Source: Phaeosaccion multiseriatum (Eukaryota; Protista; Ochrophyta, other classes). From it: a DNA stretch of 64,000 nucleotides. Positions 37,105-49,460 of the stretch are shown in pieces (the stretch's first letter is position 1; each line of letters opens with the position of its first letter). The translations under genes and the position numbers were made by a program. The stretch is from assembly GCA_965112735.1 (NCBI GenBank), contig OZ218951.1:2356001-2420000 (forward strand), written 5' to 3'. The notes under the pieces are model-generated. The model was not told where the DNA came from and did not search any database. It was given only the letters and a program-made list of their open reading frames with translations.

Positions 37105-38366
37105 ATGATGTCGTCTCTGCTCTCTGTGATGGTGGTCCTGGCCACCCTTCTCCTTGGGGTGGTACTTCCCGAGCAGCGAGCCACAGTGGCAGGCTTTGCG
37201 CTGGCTCCATCAAGGCATTTCCATAGCAGTAAGATTTGGAACAGTCAGAGGAGGAGGAGGGGTGGAAGGGAGGCCAGCATTGGAAGCTATGACATGAGCT
37301 GGAGTCGGAGGAGTAGTACAAGAAGTTGTGGTCGCTCCGCGAGGACGGTCATGGACCTCGGCGGCGCAGGAGGCCTATGGGACAGCTACCTCTCCCTGCT
37401 GGACACCGCCCCTCTTCTGACGAAGGCAATTACGGCTGGACTCATCTTCCCAGCCGCAGACGTTGCGGCACAAAAATGGGACACGAAGGAAAATGAAGAT
37501 GGAGGATCTGTGGACCTTGCGCGAGCGTTTCGCTGGTGCATCTTCGGGTTTGCTGTGCAGGTACGGTTCGCGCGCGTAGGATTAAGACTGGGTGTGGGGA
37601 GGAGGCGACATCCATGCGATCAGTCAGCTTCTCGTTGCTCCTCTGCACAACGCTACTGCCCCCCGAGATTGCTACCAAGGTACTGGTCTACCCATTGTGC
37701 ACTCACTCCTTTACATCTCACAATCAACCCCTCTCACTGTTTGTGCCACCACGACCAACCTAAACAGGCCCCTTGGAACCACTACTTCTTCGGGGCGTTA
37801 GACCAGGTCATCCCCCCCGCAGAGGAAGCTTTCTCGGCCACTACGGCTCTCAAGGTGTTCATCGACCAGGGCCTGCAGGCTCCGGTCTTCACCGTCATAA
37901 TCTTCGCCGTGTTGGGTTTTTTGGAGGGGAAGGACACAGAAAAGATCAAGTCCCAGCTGGACGAGGACTACAAACCGACCATGATTGTGGGTGATAGTGC
38001 GAATGCTTTTTCATGTGTGAGCAGCTCTCTCTCTCTCTCTCTCTGTGCTACTCTATCGGACCTATCTCTCTCTCTCTCCCTCTCTCGGCTCCCTCCCTCC
38101 GTGGCTTCCCGCCCCTGTTTTTGTCTTACCCCGTCCCCATCCTCTCTTCCCCCCCCCCCCCTTCCCTCTCTCATGCCTATCTCTGTCCCCCCTCTCCATG
38201 TCTCCACGAGCAGGCCAACTGGAAGCTCTGGCTGCCCGCCTCCTTCATCAACCTCGCCTTCTGCCCGCCCCCACTTCGCGTGCTCTTTACGAATGTCGTG
38301 TTCTTTTGTTGGACAGTGTTCCTCTCACTCGTGGTCAACAAAGCATCTGAAGAAGGCGAAGCATAG
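37105..38366 (+). CDS. Mpv17/PMP22 family membrane protein with bipartite plastid-targeting-like leader; exons 37105-37560, 37768-37986, 38214-38366
   Basis: YLSLLDTAPLLTKAITAG..AADVAAQ, DLARAFRW, KVFIDQGLQAP, ANWKLWLPASFINLAFCP..RVLFTNVVFFCWTVFLS. The N-terminus has a hydrophobic stretch, then VAG|FALAP and an S/R-rich transit-like segment. Confidence 0.9.
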
Positions 38367-38686
38367 ACCGGTAGACTGGCTTGCTTATTTACAGATATAC
38401 AGAGACCTAGAGGGGGGAAAATGGCGCCTCGGCTTTTGTCACAAAGGGGGAAGAAGTGGATTTCATTTTCACCATATGCCTATGTACATACATGTGTAGC
38501 GACTCTCTCTCACTCCCACAAAGGCCCCAGAGGCCATTTATTGACTTAATTGTAGGCGAGAGGGGATCAGGGGAATAGGGGAAACGTTCAAGTGCCATCT
38601 ATGAAACGGGGAAACCAACCGAATCGTATCACCAACTTGTGAAGGCGGACCTCCCTCCATCGTCTCCCTCTTTTTATTCTCCGGCC

Positions 38687-39760
38687 ATGGCGCACAGAAA
38701 GCGCCCGCTTCCCCGCAGCGGAGGCAGTGACTTCCGCGTGACGGTAATGACATGGAATGTGTGGTGCAGCGCCGGAGAGCCCGCCCTGTGGGCAGAGCGA
38801 GAGGAGGGCCTGAAGCGCCTCCTCAGCACTTTCCACCCCGACGTTCTCCTCGTGCAGGAGAACCACCCCACAATCGCGGAGGCTATCATGTCAAGCATCG
38901 TGTCGTGCCCTTGTCGGGCCGTGTTTGCGGGCTCGGCGGGCCCTGAAAGCGGTTCCTGCTGTTGCTACAGAAGCATCTGTCGAGAGCCTGGGTCGGAGGC
39001 GAACATCTTCTACAATCCCTCGAGGGTGGAGGTGGTAGTGGGTGACCCGCAGCGAGGTGAAGGGTGCAGAGGAGAAGAGGGCGAGAAGAGGGGGGAAGAA
39101 AGAAGACGAAAAGGGAGAGCAGGAGAGAGGGACGGAGGGAGCAGAGAGAGAGAAGGCGAGGGAGATCTTGCCGCGGCGGCAGAGAGGGTGGAACGAGGCA
39201 GCATACCACTGAATATGGAAGGCTACCCCGACCGGTGAGCTAAGTGGCCAGCAACGCTGCCGTACCAAACAGGGCCCAAACAGGATGGGAACACTGGAAC
39301 GATTTCCCCTTTGAGATTCCAAAGTCTTGTTTCCAACGTTCCCGACTGAGTTTCTGTAGTGCCGGACTGAAAGGGCGTACGAGGGCGTCCACTCCTCTAA
39401 ACGAAAATTCCAATGACCCCCTCCCCGCCCGCCCTCTCTCCCTCCCCCCTCCTTCCCTCCCTCTCCCTCCCCCTCGCCTCCCCTCCCCTGCTGCCCCTGC
39501 TGCTGCCCCGTCCACACCCCTTCCATCAGGTGCCTCGCTCACGCAACCCTCCGCGCCGTCATGGCCGTGGGAGGGCGGGGAGACGGGGAGAATCCTTCCC
39601 TCGTGCACTCCGTGCCCTTCCTCGCGTCGACGGCTCATCTGCCATGGGTCGGTAAGCTGGGGCAACCTCAGAGGCATACACATATGTAGTGTGTCTTTTG
39701 GTCACACCGATTGCCTTATGCTCTCTCTCACACGTTTGCGCTTATGTATGTATGTATGTA

Positions 39761-39801
<41 letters not shown>

Positions 39802-39814
39802 GTGTGTATGTATG

Positions 39815-39845
<31 letters not shown>

Positions 39846-40089
39846 ACGTGCACGTGTGCGTGTGCGTGTGTGTGTGCGTGTGTGGTCATTGCTCCCCTGC
39901 TCCTCTCCCCCTGCCCGTCCTCGCCCCTTCTGTGTGGTCCTGGCCTTGGGGTCGGTACTGGGTATCAGGACACCCGCTGGAGCTGCAGAGCGGCAACAAC
40001 CTCCGCATCAAAGCCATGCGCACTATCCTGCCTCTCCTCCAACGACTGAGGCGAGCGCCCGTTGAGGTAGAGGGCGCACTTGCAGCAGA

Positions 40090-40177
<88 letters not shown>

Positions 40178-40963
40178 GCATCTGTGGCAGCGGCAGTTGA
40201 AGGGATGGCGCAGCCCCCTTCTGGAGGTACTGTGAACAGTCGCAGAACCCCAGCCTCCCCTCTGCCTGCCATCTTCGGGGGCGACTTCAATGAATCCTTC
40301 CACCCTGTCCGAATGCTGGAGGTGAGATGCGGTGCGAGAGGGACGCAGCGACCGGCAAAGGACCGGCAAAGGAGGGGGTGATGTAGGCGCTTTATTTATC
40401 TCCCCCACAAGCGCACACTCTCTCTCACATACAAACATAAACGCACACGAAGAGAGATTAATGGAAAGGGCGCTCAGGCGCCCGCCCCTCCCCCGTCGCT
40501 GACCTCTGTCTGCCTTCATACTTGCCTTGTTTTTGTTGTCGTCGAGCACAGGAGGAGGGCTTTGTGGACTGCTTTAGGGCCGTGGGTATGCCTGTGCTGC
40601 CCACACACCCCGCACGTGAGTCATGCCATGTCGATAGTCTGCATTGCGTGTCGGTACTCGATATTACATGTCGATACTCGATACTACATGTCGAGTCACA
40701 GGTGTCCATATACACACCCTCCTTTGGCTTTTTTTGGGGGGGGGGGGTGTCTGAGACCAACTTCGCCTCTTCTGTGTCTTGAATGCCTGGCAGCTCTTGC
40801 TCCCCCCCCGCACCCCTCCCCACCTCTCCAGTTGGTATCCACAGCACTGCAACTGCATACGCGAGTGTGGGCGAACTCAACACAACCACGCACCGCCTCT
40901 GTCGACATGCCACTCGCATACAAACACGCACACGCACACAAACACACACACAACACACACATA

Positions 40964-41017
<54 letters not shown>

Positions 41018-41244
41018 CACACAACACACACATACTACGTACATCCGCCGCCTCAGGCCCATCCCACTCCAAGGAGGAAGGCCGGCCCGACCGCGCTCTG
41101 GACTGGCTCACTGCCACCGCAGATCTCACTCCCACCATGGCGAGCGTGGTCAAGACGGACACAGGGGGCCGGGGCACGCACCCTTCGGACCACCACCCGG
41201 TGTTCGCCATGTATCTCCTTCCCGCAGAGGAGAGCAGTTGGTGA
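38687..41244 (+). CDS. Endonuclease/exonuclease/phosphatase (EEP) family protein; exons 38687-39234, 39530-39651, 39969-40321, 40552-40615, 41057-41244
   Basis: EEP motifs in the expected order: VMTWNVW, PDVLLVQE, STAHL, IFGGDFNE, GFVDCF, PTHP, ALDWL, PSDHHPV. Confidence 0.9.
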
Positions 41245-41538
41245 TACCGCAGAAGCAGCAGCAGCAGCAGCCAGCAGCAGCAGGAGGAACAGCAAGTTAA
41301 ATATTTGTTCACGCATATCTTTATCAAAGCATGTACCACTACACGGCGTTTGAGAAACCGTATTTATGAGTTACACGTCCTCTTTTTTTTAGTTTTTCTT
41401 CTTAGGATGGTGTGAATCAGCGCGAGATTCACAACACCAGACTTGGACTGAGGCAACGTACCATACAAACACAGTCTATAAACAACAACAAAAATCGATC
41501 GATATTAACATCGATATATCACTCAATACAATTAGAGC

Positions 41539-43487
41539 TCACGAGACTTGTCGCTTGGTGTCGGGGAAGAGCAAGGCGTGAAAGCCGTGCACAAGAGTGA
41601 AGCACTCTTTGGCGCTGCTGCAGGTGAAGTCCAACGTTCTCTCGTCGAGGATGAGGGAGAAACTCCGGCACAGATCCCCGGGTGCCACGGCTCGCAACAA
41701 CGCCGTCCCTCGCAGCTCCTCCCCTCCCTCCGCCACGAATTCACTCGTGTCTGTATCTGTCCCTGCCCGGACAGACCGCACCGTGCTCATGTCGAAGGTT
41801 TTGTCCGGGGCACCCAAACTGGCACTCAAACTACCTCCACCACCGCTGCTGATTCCAGCAAGAGTCTGCTTGTGTTTAGGCTTGTACCATGCCAACGTGT
41901 GCGCACATGCGTCCTTGGAAGCCAACACACGGACCACCGACTTTCCGTTGCGGGAGTGCTTCGTCACTGGAATGCCCTCTCCCCTCAACAGACCTGCTAC
42001 GATCTGCGGAGCATCTCGGGCCTGCTCCCTCCGCTTCTCCAGCCCCGCTTCCCGTCTCTTCCTTGTGTTCTCCAGCTCCGCCCGGTTCTCCTCATCCACC
42101 TTGATTCGGATGCGCTCGGCCTCAATGGCCTGGAGTCTCTGTCTCTCATCCTGCTCGGCTTTGGCTCTCTTTGCCTCTCTTTCGGCGGCGATATGCTGCT
42201 TGATGACCTGTATGGAGAGCGCAGAAGAGAGTGGGAGAGAGAGAGCGGGAGAGGTCAGAGAGAAGGGGGGGAGGGGGGGGGTAAGAGCGTCGCCTGCAGT
42301 ACCAGCAGACAGTGGTCAGACTGGCGGTGTCAGTTCTGTCAGTTTGGTCAGACTCGTTCGCTGCGAAGGTTGAGCAACGGCAGGCACGACGGGCGGGAGC
42401 GGGTGATGACTGTCCTGTGACGCTCAGCCCTAGCCACCCACCCACCCATAGTGGAGGTTCCTCTATTATGCTCTTCCTGCTGGTGTGCCCGTCTCCATTC
42501 ATTGTCGACTCTCCATACGACGAATGGTCCACTTGCTCACTCACTCACTTCGTCTCTTTGCTTCTCCTGCAGCACAGGCGCTTCGAGTTTGCGAAAAGCG
42601 GCGAGTCTGTCCTTCACTCCCCCGGGAGATATCGACTTGTTTGCGTCCAGCACACTGCAACAAGACAACAAGATCGCGGGGGGGGGGGGGGAGGTAGCCA
42701 ACAGAGAGAAGAGGGAGAGAGAGCCAAATGCAATAAATGGCCGGGCCACAGGCAAATGGGGAGGGAGACGGCCGGAAGGTCACCGGAGAGGGGATAGATG
42801 CTACAAGCGAGAGAGAGGGGTAGGGGGCTTTGGGTGACGCCCCTGCCGAAGGCCAAACCAGCCGGGGTCGCAATGCCCCCCCAGGCCTGGGCCTACATCA
42901 CTACTTGAGAGATAGAGCGATGTGCTCATGAGTGAGTGAGGACGTGCCCGCCCCTCAGCAACTTTCCCCTCTTGTCGCCTCCCCACTCCCGCGCGTAAGT
43001 ACCTCATGTCGCTGGTGTACAAGGCGGACGCAACGGTCGTCTGCGGGGAGTCGCCGTCTGCTCTCCACATCTCCGCCTTGCGCTCCTGTTCCCGCCTTTC
43101 CAGCTCTAGCTCTCTCTGACGGCGGTCTTCCGTGGCCTTCTGGACAAGCTCCTCGGCCAGCGCTGCTCTGCGCTCCTTCTCCTCCACTTCTCTCGCCCGT
43201 CTATCCGCCTCTCTCTCGGCAATCGCCTCTTCCTGCTGCCGCCTCTCGAGGAGGGTCCGCTCCTTCCACGCCTCATCATACTTCGTCTCCTCACATGTCT
43301 TCCCCGACGGGTTCTCACTGCCCGCATTGCCTCTGAAGGGGCTTGAAGGCGCGGTTTTCCCAGGGCTGGGGCTCGGAGGCGCTCCTCCAGCGGATGCGAT
43401 ATTCAGCTTGCCAATCGCGGCCGTGACCGAGGCAACCTCCTCAGCCTCGCCACTCTTGCTGGCACTCTTTTTTTCCAGATCTGCCAT
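41539..43487 (-). CDS. Coiled-coil protein with C-terminal PH-like domain; exons 43487-43003, 42654-42549, 42207-41539
   Basis: E/R-rich helices precede LLRGEGIPVTKHSRNGK..LAWYK..FDMSTVRSVRAG..RSFSLILDERTLDFTCSSAKECFTLVHGFHALL, which resembles a PLC-type PH domain. Confidence 0.75.
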
Positions 43488-43638
43488 TCCTGGGAAGTGA
43501 AAAAGAAAAAAACGTTACGGAAAAATCGCTCAAATTTCCCCCCCCCCCCTACTTTAACACAGTTTTTACTATTGGATAGGCATCTCATCAATCTCAAAGA
43601 GCTATAAACGTCCCATTCTTTCTTATATAATATATTAC

Positions 43639-44777
43639 TCAAAGGGTGATACCCTTCCTGTTGGCAGCACGATGGCCCGCCAAGTTGAAGCCTGGAGGCA
43701 GCGGCAGGAAGGTGAACAGCTGCTCCAACAACCTCCCACCGTCGCCGGAAAAGTCGTCCTCCAACATAGTGACGCTCAGGTCGTACGCCAGCTTGATCAT
43801 GTTCGCCTGCACAGACGTCGACCCCGTCTCTGTCCCTGGCCATGCTGTCTCCTCTGTAGGTATTAGGCAGGATGGGCTGTGGGCCCTAGCGAGAGGCCCC
43901 AGACGAGAGCTCTGGAGCAGCAGGAGCAGCAGCTTCTTGACTCGAAAGCCCTGGTGCTTGAAGCGGAAGACGAGACGCTCCACCAGACCGCGGGCCTGGT
44001 CCTGCTGCTTCTTGGTCGCCCCAAAATCAGCTGCGAAGACGGGGTGGCACATGGCCGCCTTCAGGTCCAGACTGGAGCCCGGCAGCTCACGCGACGTGCA
44101 CGGCTGCTGTGGTTCAAAGCCAGAGCCAAAGCCAGAAACAAACTCAGAGGGAGCGGCGGGGGCGGGCGCTGTTGAGTAGTAACAAGAAGCTGTGGCTACT
44201 CTGGAAGGAGGCCCGCTTGCCGCAGACGGGCGCTGGTGGGGCGCTCGCTCGTGCTGCTCGGGCCCCTGCCGCTGCTGCCCCTGCCGCTGCTGCTGCTGCT
44301 GCTGATGTTGCTGATGTTGCTGGTGCCGCTCAAGTGATTGGCGCTGGCGCATCAAAGTCTGATGTCGAATGAAGTTCTCCTGCATCTCCTCCTGCGCCCG
44401 CTGCCGGTCTGCCTGCAGCGAATACTCTCGAGTCCGAGCTGCGGTCATGACCGGCATCATCCGCTGCTGCTGATGCTGATGTCCGACCTGCTGAGGAGGA
44501 GCAGCAGCAGGAGAAGAGGAAGAGAACCCCCCCCGCGCCAACTGCCGCGGCTGCAGCTGCTGCTGCTGCTGGGTGTGGGCGTGTTGGAGTCGTTGCTGCC
44601 CGTTAGGCCCCCTCCCCCTGGTCACGGAGGATCCATAATAGGACTCTGCCGCGGGCATACCCCCACGCTGCGCCACCACATGTGGGGTCGGTGCATGCCC
44701 CCCCTGGGGCGCCATAGTCGTCACGGGGTGGCGACTGCTGCCGGTGTACGCAACATCGCGATCATACTGCTGCTGCC

Positions 44778-44811
<34 letters not shown>

Positions 44812-45403
44812 AGAGTAGGCGTAGGCGTCCCCGCCCTCACCTCTCCTTCCCTCCCTGTACCCGAATGGACTAATGTGGGCGACTCTCGGCGACGGCACGG
44901 GCTTCCTCGTAAAGAGCTCTTGGACGTCGTTCTCACCCTCTTCGACTTGCGGTGCTGCTACCGGCAGTCGTGCCAAAGACAAGGAATGGCTTCGCCGCTG
45001 CTGCTCTACCTCCTCATGGTGGTGATACGGTGACACGCGTTGTTGCTGGCGTGGAGTCATCTGCTGCTGCTCGTGCCTCTGCTGGCGCGGAGCAGGGGGG
45101 TGTGGGTTTCGCTGCTGCTGCTGCTGCTGATGTTGTTGGTGGTGATTGTGCTGCAGCAAAGGCCCCTGTGAACCAGCAGTGTGAGGGCCAGCAGCTGGGG
45201 GTCGATGTCGCTTCCCCGCCTGGTAGGCCCAGGCTTGTTCCGGCGGGGCAGAAGAACGAGCAGAAGCCCGGGCGTGCTGCTGCTGTAACACCGACTGATG
45301 CTCTCTCCTGAGAGCTCCCTCCCTCCAGCTGTCCCTGCGAGACCCGGCAGGCTCCTGGTCTGGATAGGAGGGCCCTGGGGCGTACTGCTGCTGAGCACGC
45401 GCT

Positions 45404-45435
<32 letters not shown>

Positions 45436-47911
45436 TTGCTGCCGCCCATAGTCTTGGGGGGGTGGTGAGTGCTGTGGGTGATGCTGTCGATGATGCTGCT
45501 GCTGTTGGTGCTGGTGGTGGTGGTTGTGGTGCTGGTGAAGGTGGGACGGCGGAAGGGGGCGATGCCGCGAGGAAGGAAACCCAGGGGTAGGATCGTAAAC
45601 CCCTCTTTGATGCTGCTGCTCCTGCTGCTCCTGCTGCTCCTGCTGCTGCTGCTCCCGGTACTGCCTCCGCTTGATCTCCAACACAGCCCGGTCTCTGAGC
45701 CACTGCTTGAGGCTGTTGTCTGTACTGCCAGTGCCCATCCCAACCCTCCCCATCGTCGCCGTCGGCGTCGTTGTTGCTTGCCCTCTATCCTCTTCCACCC
45801 CCTTCGCTGCTGCTGCTGCTGCTGTATCACCAACTGCTACACGTCTCCTATCTTCCGTGCCCCACCCGCCGCCGCCCTCGCCCTTCGCCTGGGCCTCGGC
45901 TGCCCTCTTCCCACTCGCCCACACGTCCATCACTAGATCAATGGCCACTTTCCGAGTGGCGTCTCTCAGACAAGCCGCGACTACGGCGCGATCCGAATCC
46001 ATAGGCTTAGGTGGCGCGACAGCAGCGGTACCGCCCCTCCGTGAACGAGACGGATCGACGACAGGCTTCGGTGATACAACAGCAGTGGTACCATCCTTGC
46101 GTCCACGAAACTTTCGCGCATACCCCTCTTGAGGATGACTACTCCGTGCCCCCACCATGTCGCGTCTCGTGTGAGCTTCCTGCCTCTCCCCCTCCTCCTC
46201 CTCCTCCTCCTCCTCCTCCTCCTCCTCCTCCTCCTCCTCCTCCTGCTGCTGCTGCTGCTGTTGTTGTTGTTGCTGCCACTGGTCCTCTTCGATCCACCTT
46301 CCAAATGATGGAGAAGTATGGGCATCATCGTCTCCGCTCTCGTCAGAGTCACCGCCAGCCCTCCACCACCTGCCATCGGCCCTTGGGCTGCTCTCCGCGC
46401 CGCCCTGGGGGAGACAGAGCTGAGGAGGCCGTGGCAGTACCACGCGCCGCTCGAGAGGAGGGCTCCTGTCTACTGCTGCCCCTCCTCGTCCTCGCCCTCG
46501 TCCTGCCCCCCCTCTCCCTCGCCCTCTCCCTCTCCCTCTCCCTCTTCCTCCCCTCCCTCCTCCTTCTTCTGGTGCTACTGCTGGTGGTGGCGGAGGTGAT
46601 GCTGGTGGTGCTACGCCCACTCCTCCCCCCCTCCCCCTCCCCCTCCCTCTCCCTCTGCCCCTCCCTCTGCCCCTCCCCCTCCCTCGTCCTCCTCCTCTTT
46701 GTGCGGCTGGTGCTGGTGCTGCTACTGACATGTCATCTCCGGTGCTGTCGCCCACTTGCCCGGCTGGTGATGCATCATTCTCATCGCGCCCTTCCTCGTC
46801 CGTTTGGAGAGTAGTGACGCTGCTGCTCGTCCTTCTCCTCTTCTTCCCCCTCCTCGATATCCCTCCGCCCTCCTCGTCCCTCCCCCTTGCCTCGCCCACG
46901 TCCTGCCCCCCCTCAGATGCAGTGCTGTCCTCCTCCTCGTCCTCCCCACCAACGTACTTGTCCTCTGCACAATCGTGGTGCCTCTCGCTACTCTCTTTCC
47001 TGGGCTGCCGTGACGTATATACACCTCCCCCCTGAAAATCCTCCGCTGCCTCCCTCACTTGCTTTCGGCGAAGAAAGTCCTTCGAGCTTACTTCTGAAGT
47101 TGCCCTCGCACCTTCACCCCCCCCGCCGCCCCTTCCCCTTCCCCGCAGGAGAGACGCTTCCAGAGCGCGTACGTGGTCATAAACAGAGCTCTCAGTCGAC
47201 AGGACCTAGGAAGGGAGGGGGTGGGGGGAGAGGGAGGGGTTTAATACGCCGTGCCGGAGTCCTGCATGGATGAGACTTTTCCGTGGGGGAATAAGGGAGC
47301 AGAGGAGGAGCGAAACCGACAGAGGCGCTGGAAAGCCTTAAGGCAACAACCGAGGCCAAATAAAACAAAAGTTGTCATGGCTAGGGGTGCTCATGCATGC
47401 ATGCTTAGACCACTCTGACTTGGCAGAGAGGCAACATCTTACTTGCTTACCATGGAGGTAAAAACTGCCGAGTCGCTTCCAGTCCCAATGGTACATGTTT
47501 CCAACCTGCTGTTGGTATCTTGCCCTTGGTGCCCTCCTCCTCCCTCCCCTCCTGCCTTGTTCTTCCAGCTGCCTCTCATCCTCGGTGGCAGGACCGAGCT
47601 TCGCTGTTGCTGGTGCTCTTCGCCCCCTCTGTGTACAGAAAGCGTGTTGCTACTGCCACTGTCTTGCTCTTGCTGCCCCTGCTGATGCTGCTGCTGCTCC
47701 TCCTCCTCCTGCTCCTCCTTCTGTTTCAGAAGCTCCTCCTTCTGTTTCAGAAGCTCCTCCTTCTGTTTCAGAAGCTCCTGCTTCCGCAACGCGATATTTT
47801 CCGCTCTGACCCTTCTCATATTCTCCATTCTCAACATCATCTTTGCTCTCTTCTCCTCCTCCGCCTTGAGCTTCGTCGCGGCGGCTTCATACTCACTGCT
47901 GCCCTCTCCTG

Positions 47912-47945
<34 letters not shown>

Positions 47946-48865
47946 CTTTCTCCTCTTTCTCTCGCCCTCGCCTACTGCTGTTGCTACGCCTGCTCCTGCT
48001 GCCGCCGCATCTGCTCGTCCACGCCCCCGCTTGGCTGTTTCCTTTCCCTTTGCGCCCGAGACTCTTGGTGACCCCCGAGACGAGGACGTTAAGCCGCGAT
48101 GGATATCCCCCTCCTGCCCTTCAAACCCTCCGATGTCCACACCAGAGTTGTTGCCCTCCTCCGCCCCGTCTGCGAATCTGGCGGGACGACCACAAGGCTT
48201 CCTCCCTCCAACTCTATTCAAGTGCGCGGAAGAAGACAAGGCCTGATCGCTGCTGTCCCCAGTCTTGTCCTCGGCACACGCTGCCACCCTAGTAGCAGCG
48301 ATTAGCAAAGCATTGAACACTCCCTGTCCTCCCTCTGACTTTTTAACCCTCTCAGCAGCAGCAGCAGCAGCAGCAATATCTGCCTTGCTCGGACGGCCTC
48401 GCTTCTTTCTGACTGGCGGGGTCGGAGGGGCAACAGCAGCCCGAGTGTGAAGCCTCTCTGTCGCCGCTGCTCCTGTTCCGCCATTCTTCTTTCGCACCCC
48501 TCCCCCCCCGTTGTACCCGCCCTTCAGCCCCCCTCTTTTGACCTCATCCTCCTCATACCGAAGATGCTCGTTATTCTCATCACTGTCTTCTCCTTTGTCG
48601 CCTCTACCACCACCACCCCCACATGCAGTCTTAGGAGGCAACTTATACAGCAAATTGTGCTGGATCTTGAGCTTCTCCGCCGCGCTTCCCCCCTTGGCCG
48701 CTCTTTTTTTATTTTTCCCCGCTCCCGCTCCCTCTCCTTCTGCTGCTGGTACTACTGCTGTGTCTCCTCCCTTATCGCGCGGGAGTCGCCGCTTTTGATC
48801 GCCCCCGCCCTCCCCCGTTCCTACCATGTCGACATTGGATAGGGCTCTCTTCGTCGCATGTCTCC

Positions 48866-48896
<31 letters not shown>

Positions 48897-49460
48897 CGCG
48901 CTGGTGGTGCTGCTACTGCGGCTGCCTCTTGACTCAAGAGAGTGGGGCACAGCGGCAGAAGACGATGAAAGACTTTTGCCCCTGCCCCCCAAGACACCAC
49001 TTGGTTGCGAAAAGGCCTTGTCGGTACTGTTGGCATTTTCCGGGCCACCCTTTGCGCTTCTCCCAGTGCCAGCTGCCTTTGACCCAAGAGAAGTGCGGCC
49101 TCCGGCCGGTTCTTGTCCCTTTCTCGATGGGTGATCCCTTCTCCCGCCCCTGCTACTTGAGGAGAGGGACTTCCCCTCCCTCCCCTCTCGCAATCCAGAA
49201 GCACTTTTATCCGACACATTCCCGTGTTGCGTTAACCCCCCCCCCCCCCCTTCCCTTCCTCGTCCTGCGTTCCTCCCTGGAGTACATCGGCCAACCTTTT
49301 TGGGCACATCTTTTGCTGATGAGAGAGTGCTGCCCGACCCCCCCGCCAACAACTTTTTGTGGGCCTTCTCGACGTGCTCCGTGAGCGTGCGCCCAACAGG
49401 ATAGCTTTCCATACAGAAGGGGCACTTTCCATACTCGATGCGGCCCCGCCGTTCTGACAT
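43639..49460 (-). CDS. ~1850-aa putative nuclear protein: single C2H2-type finger, AT-hook, RG repeats, poly-Q tracts, unassigned C-terminal domain; exons 49460-47451, 47205-43639
   Basis: CPFC-x12-H-x4-H at the N-terminus and KKRGRPSK. The donor ATG|GTAAGC (47450) and acceptor CCTAG|GTC (47206) join two long ORFs in phase 0. Confidence 0.7.
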
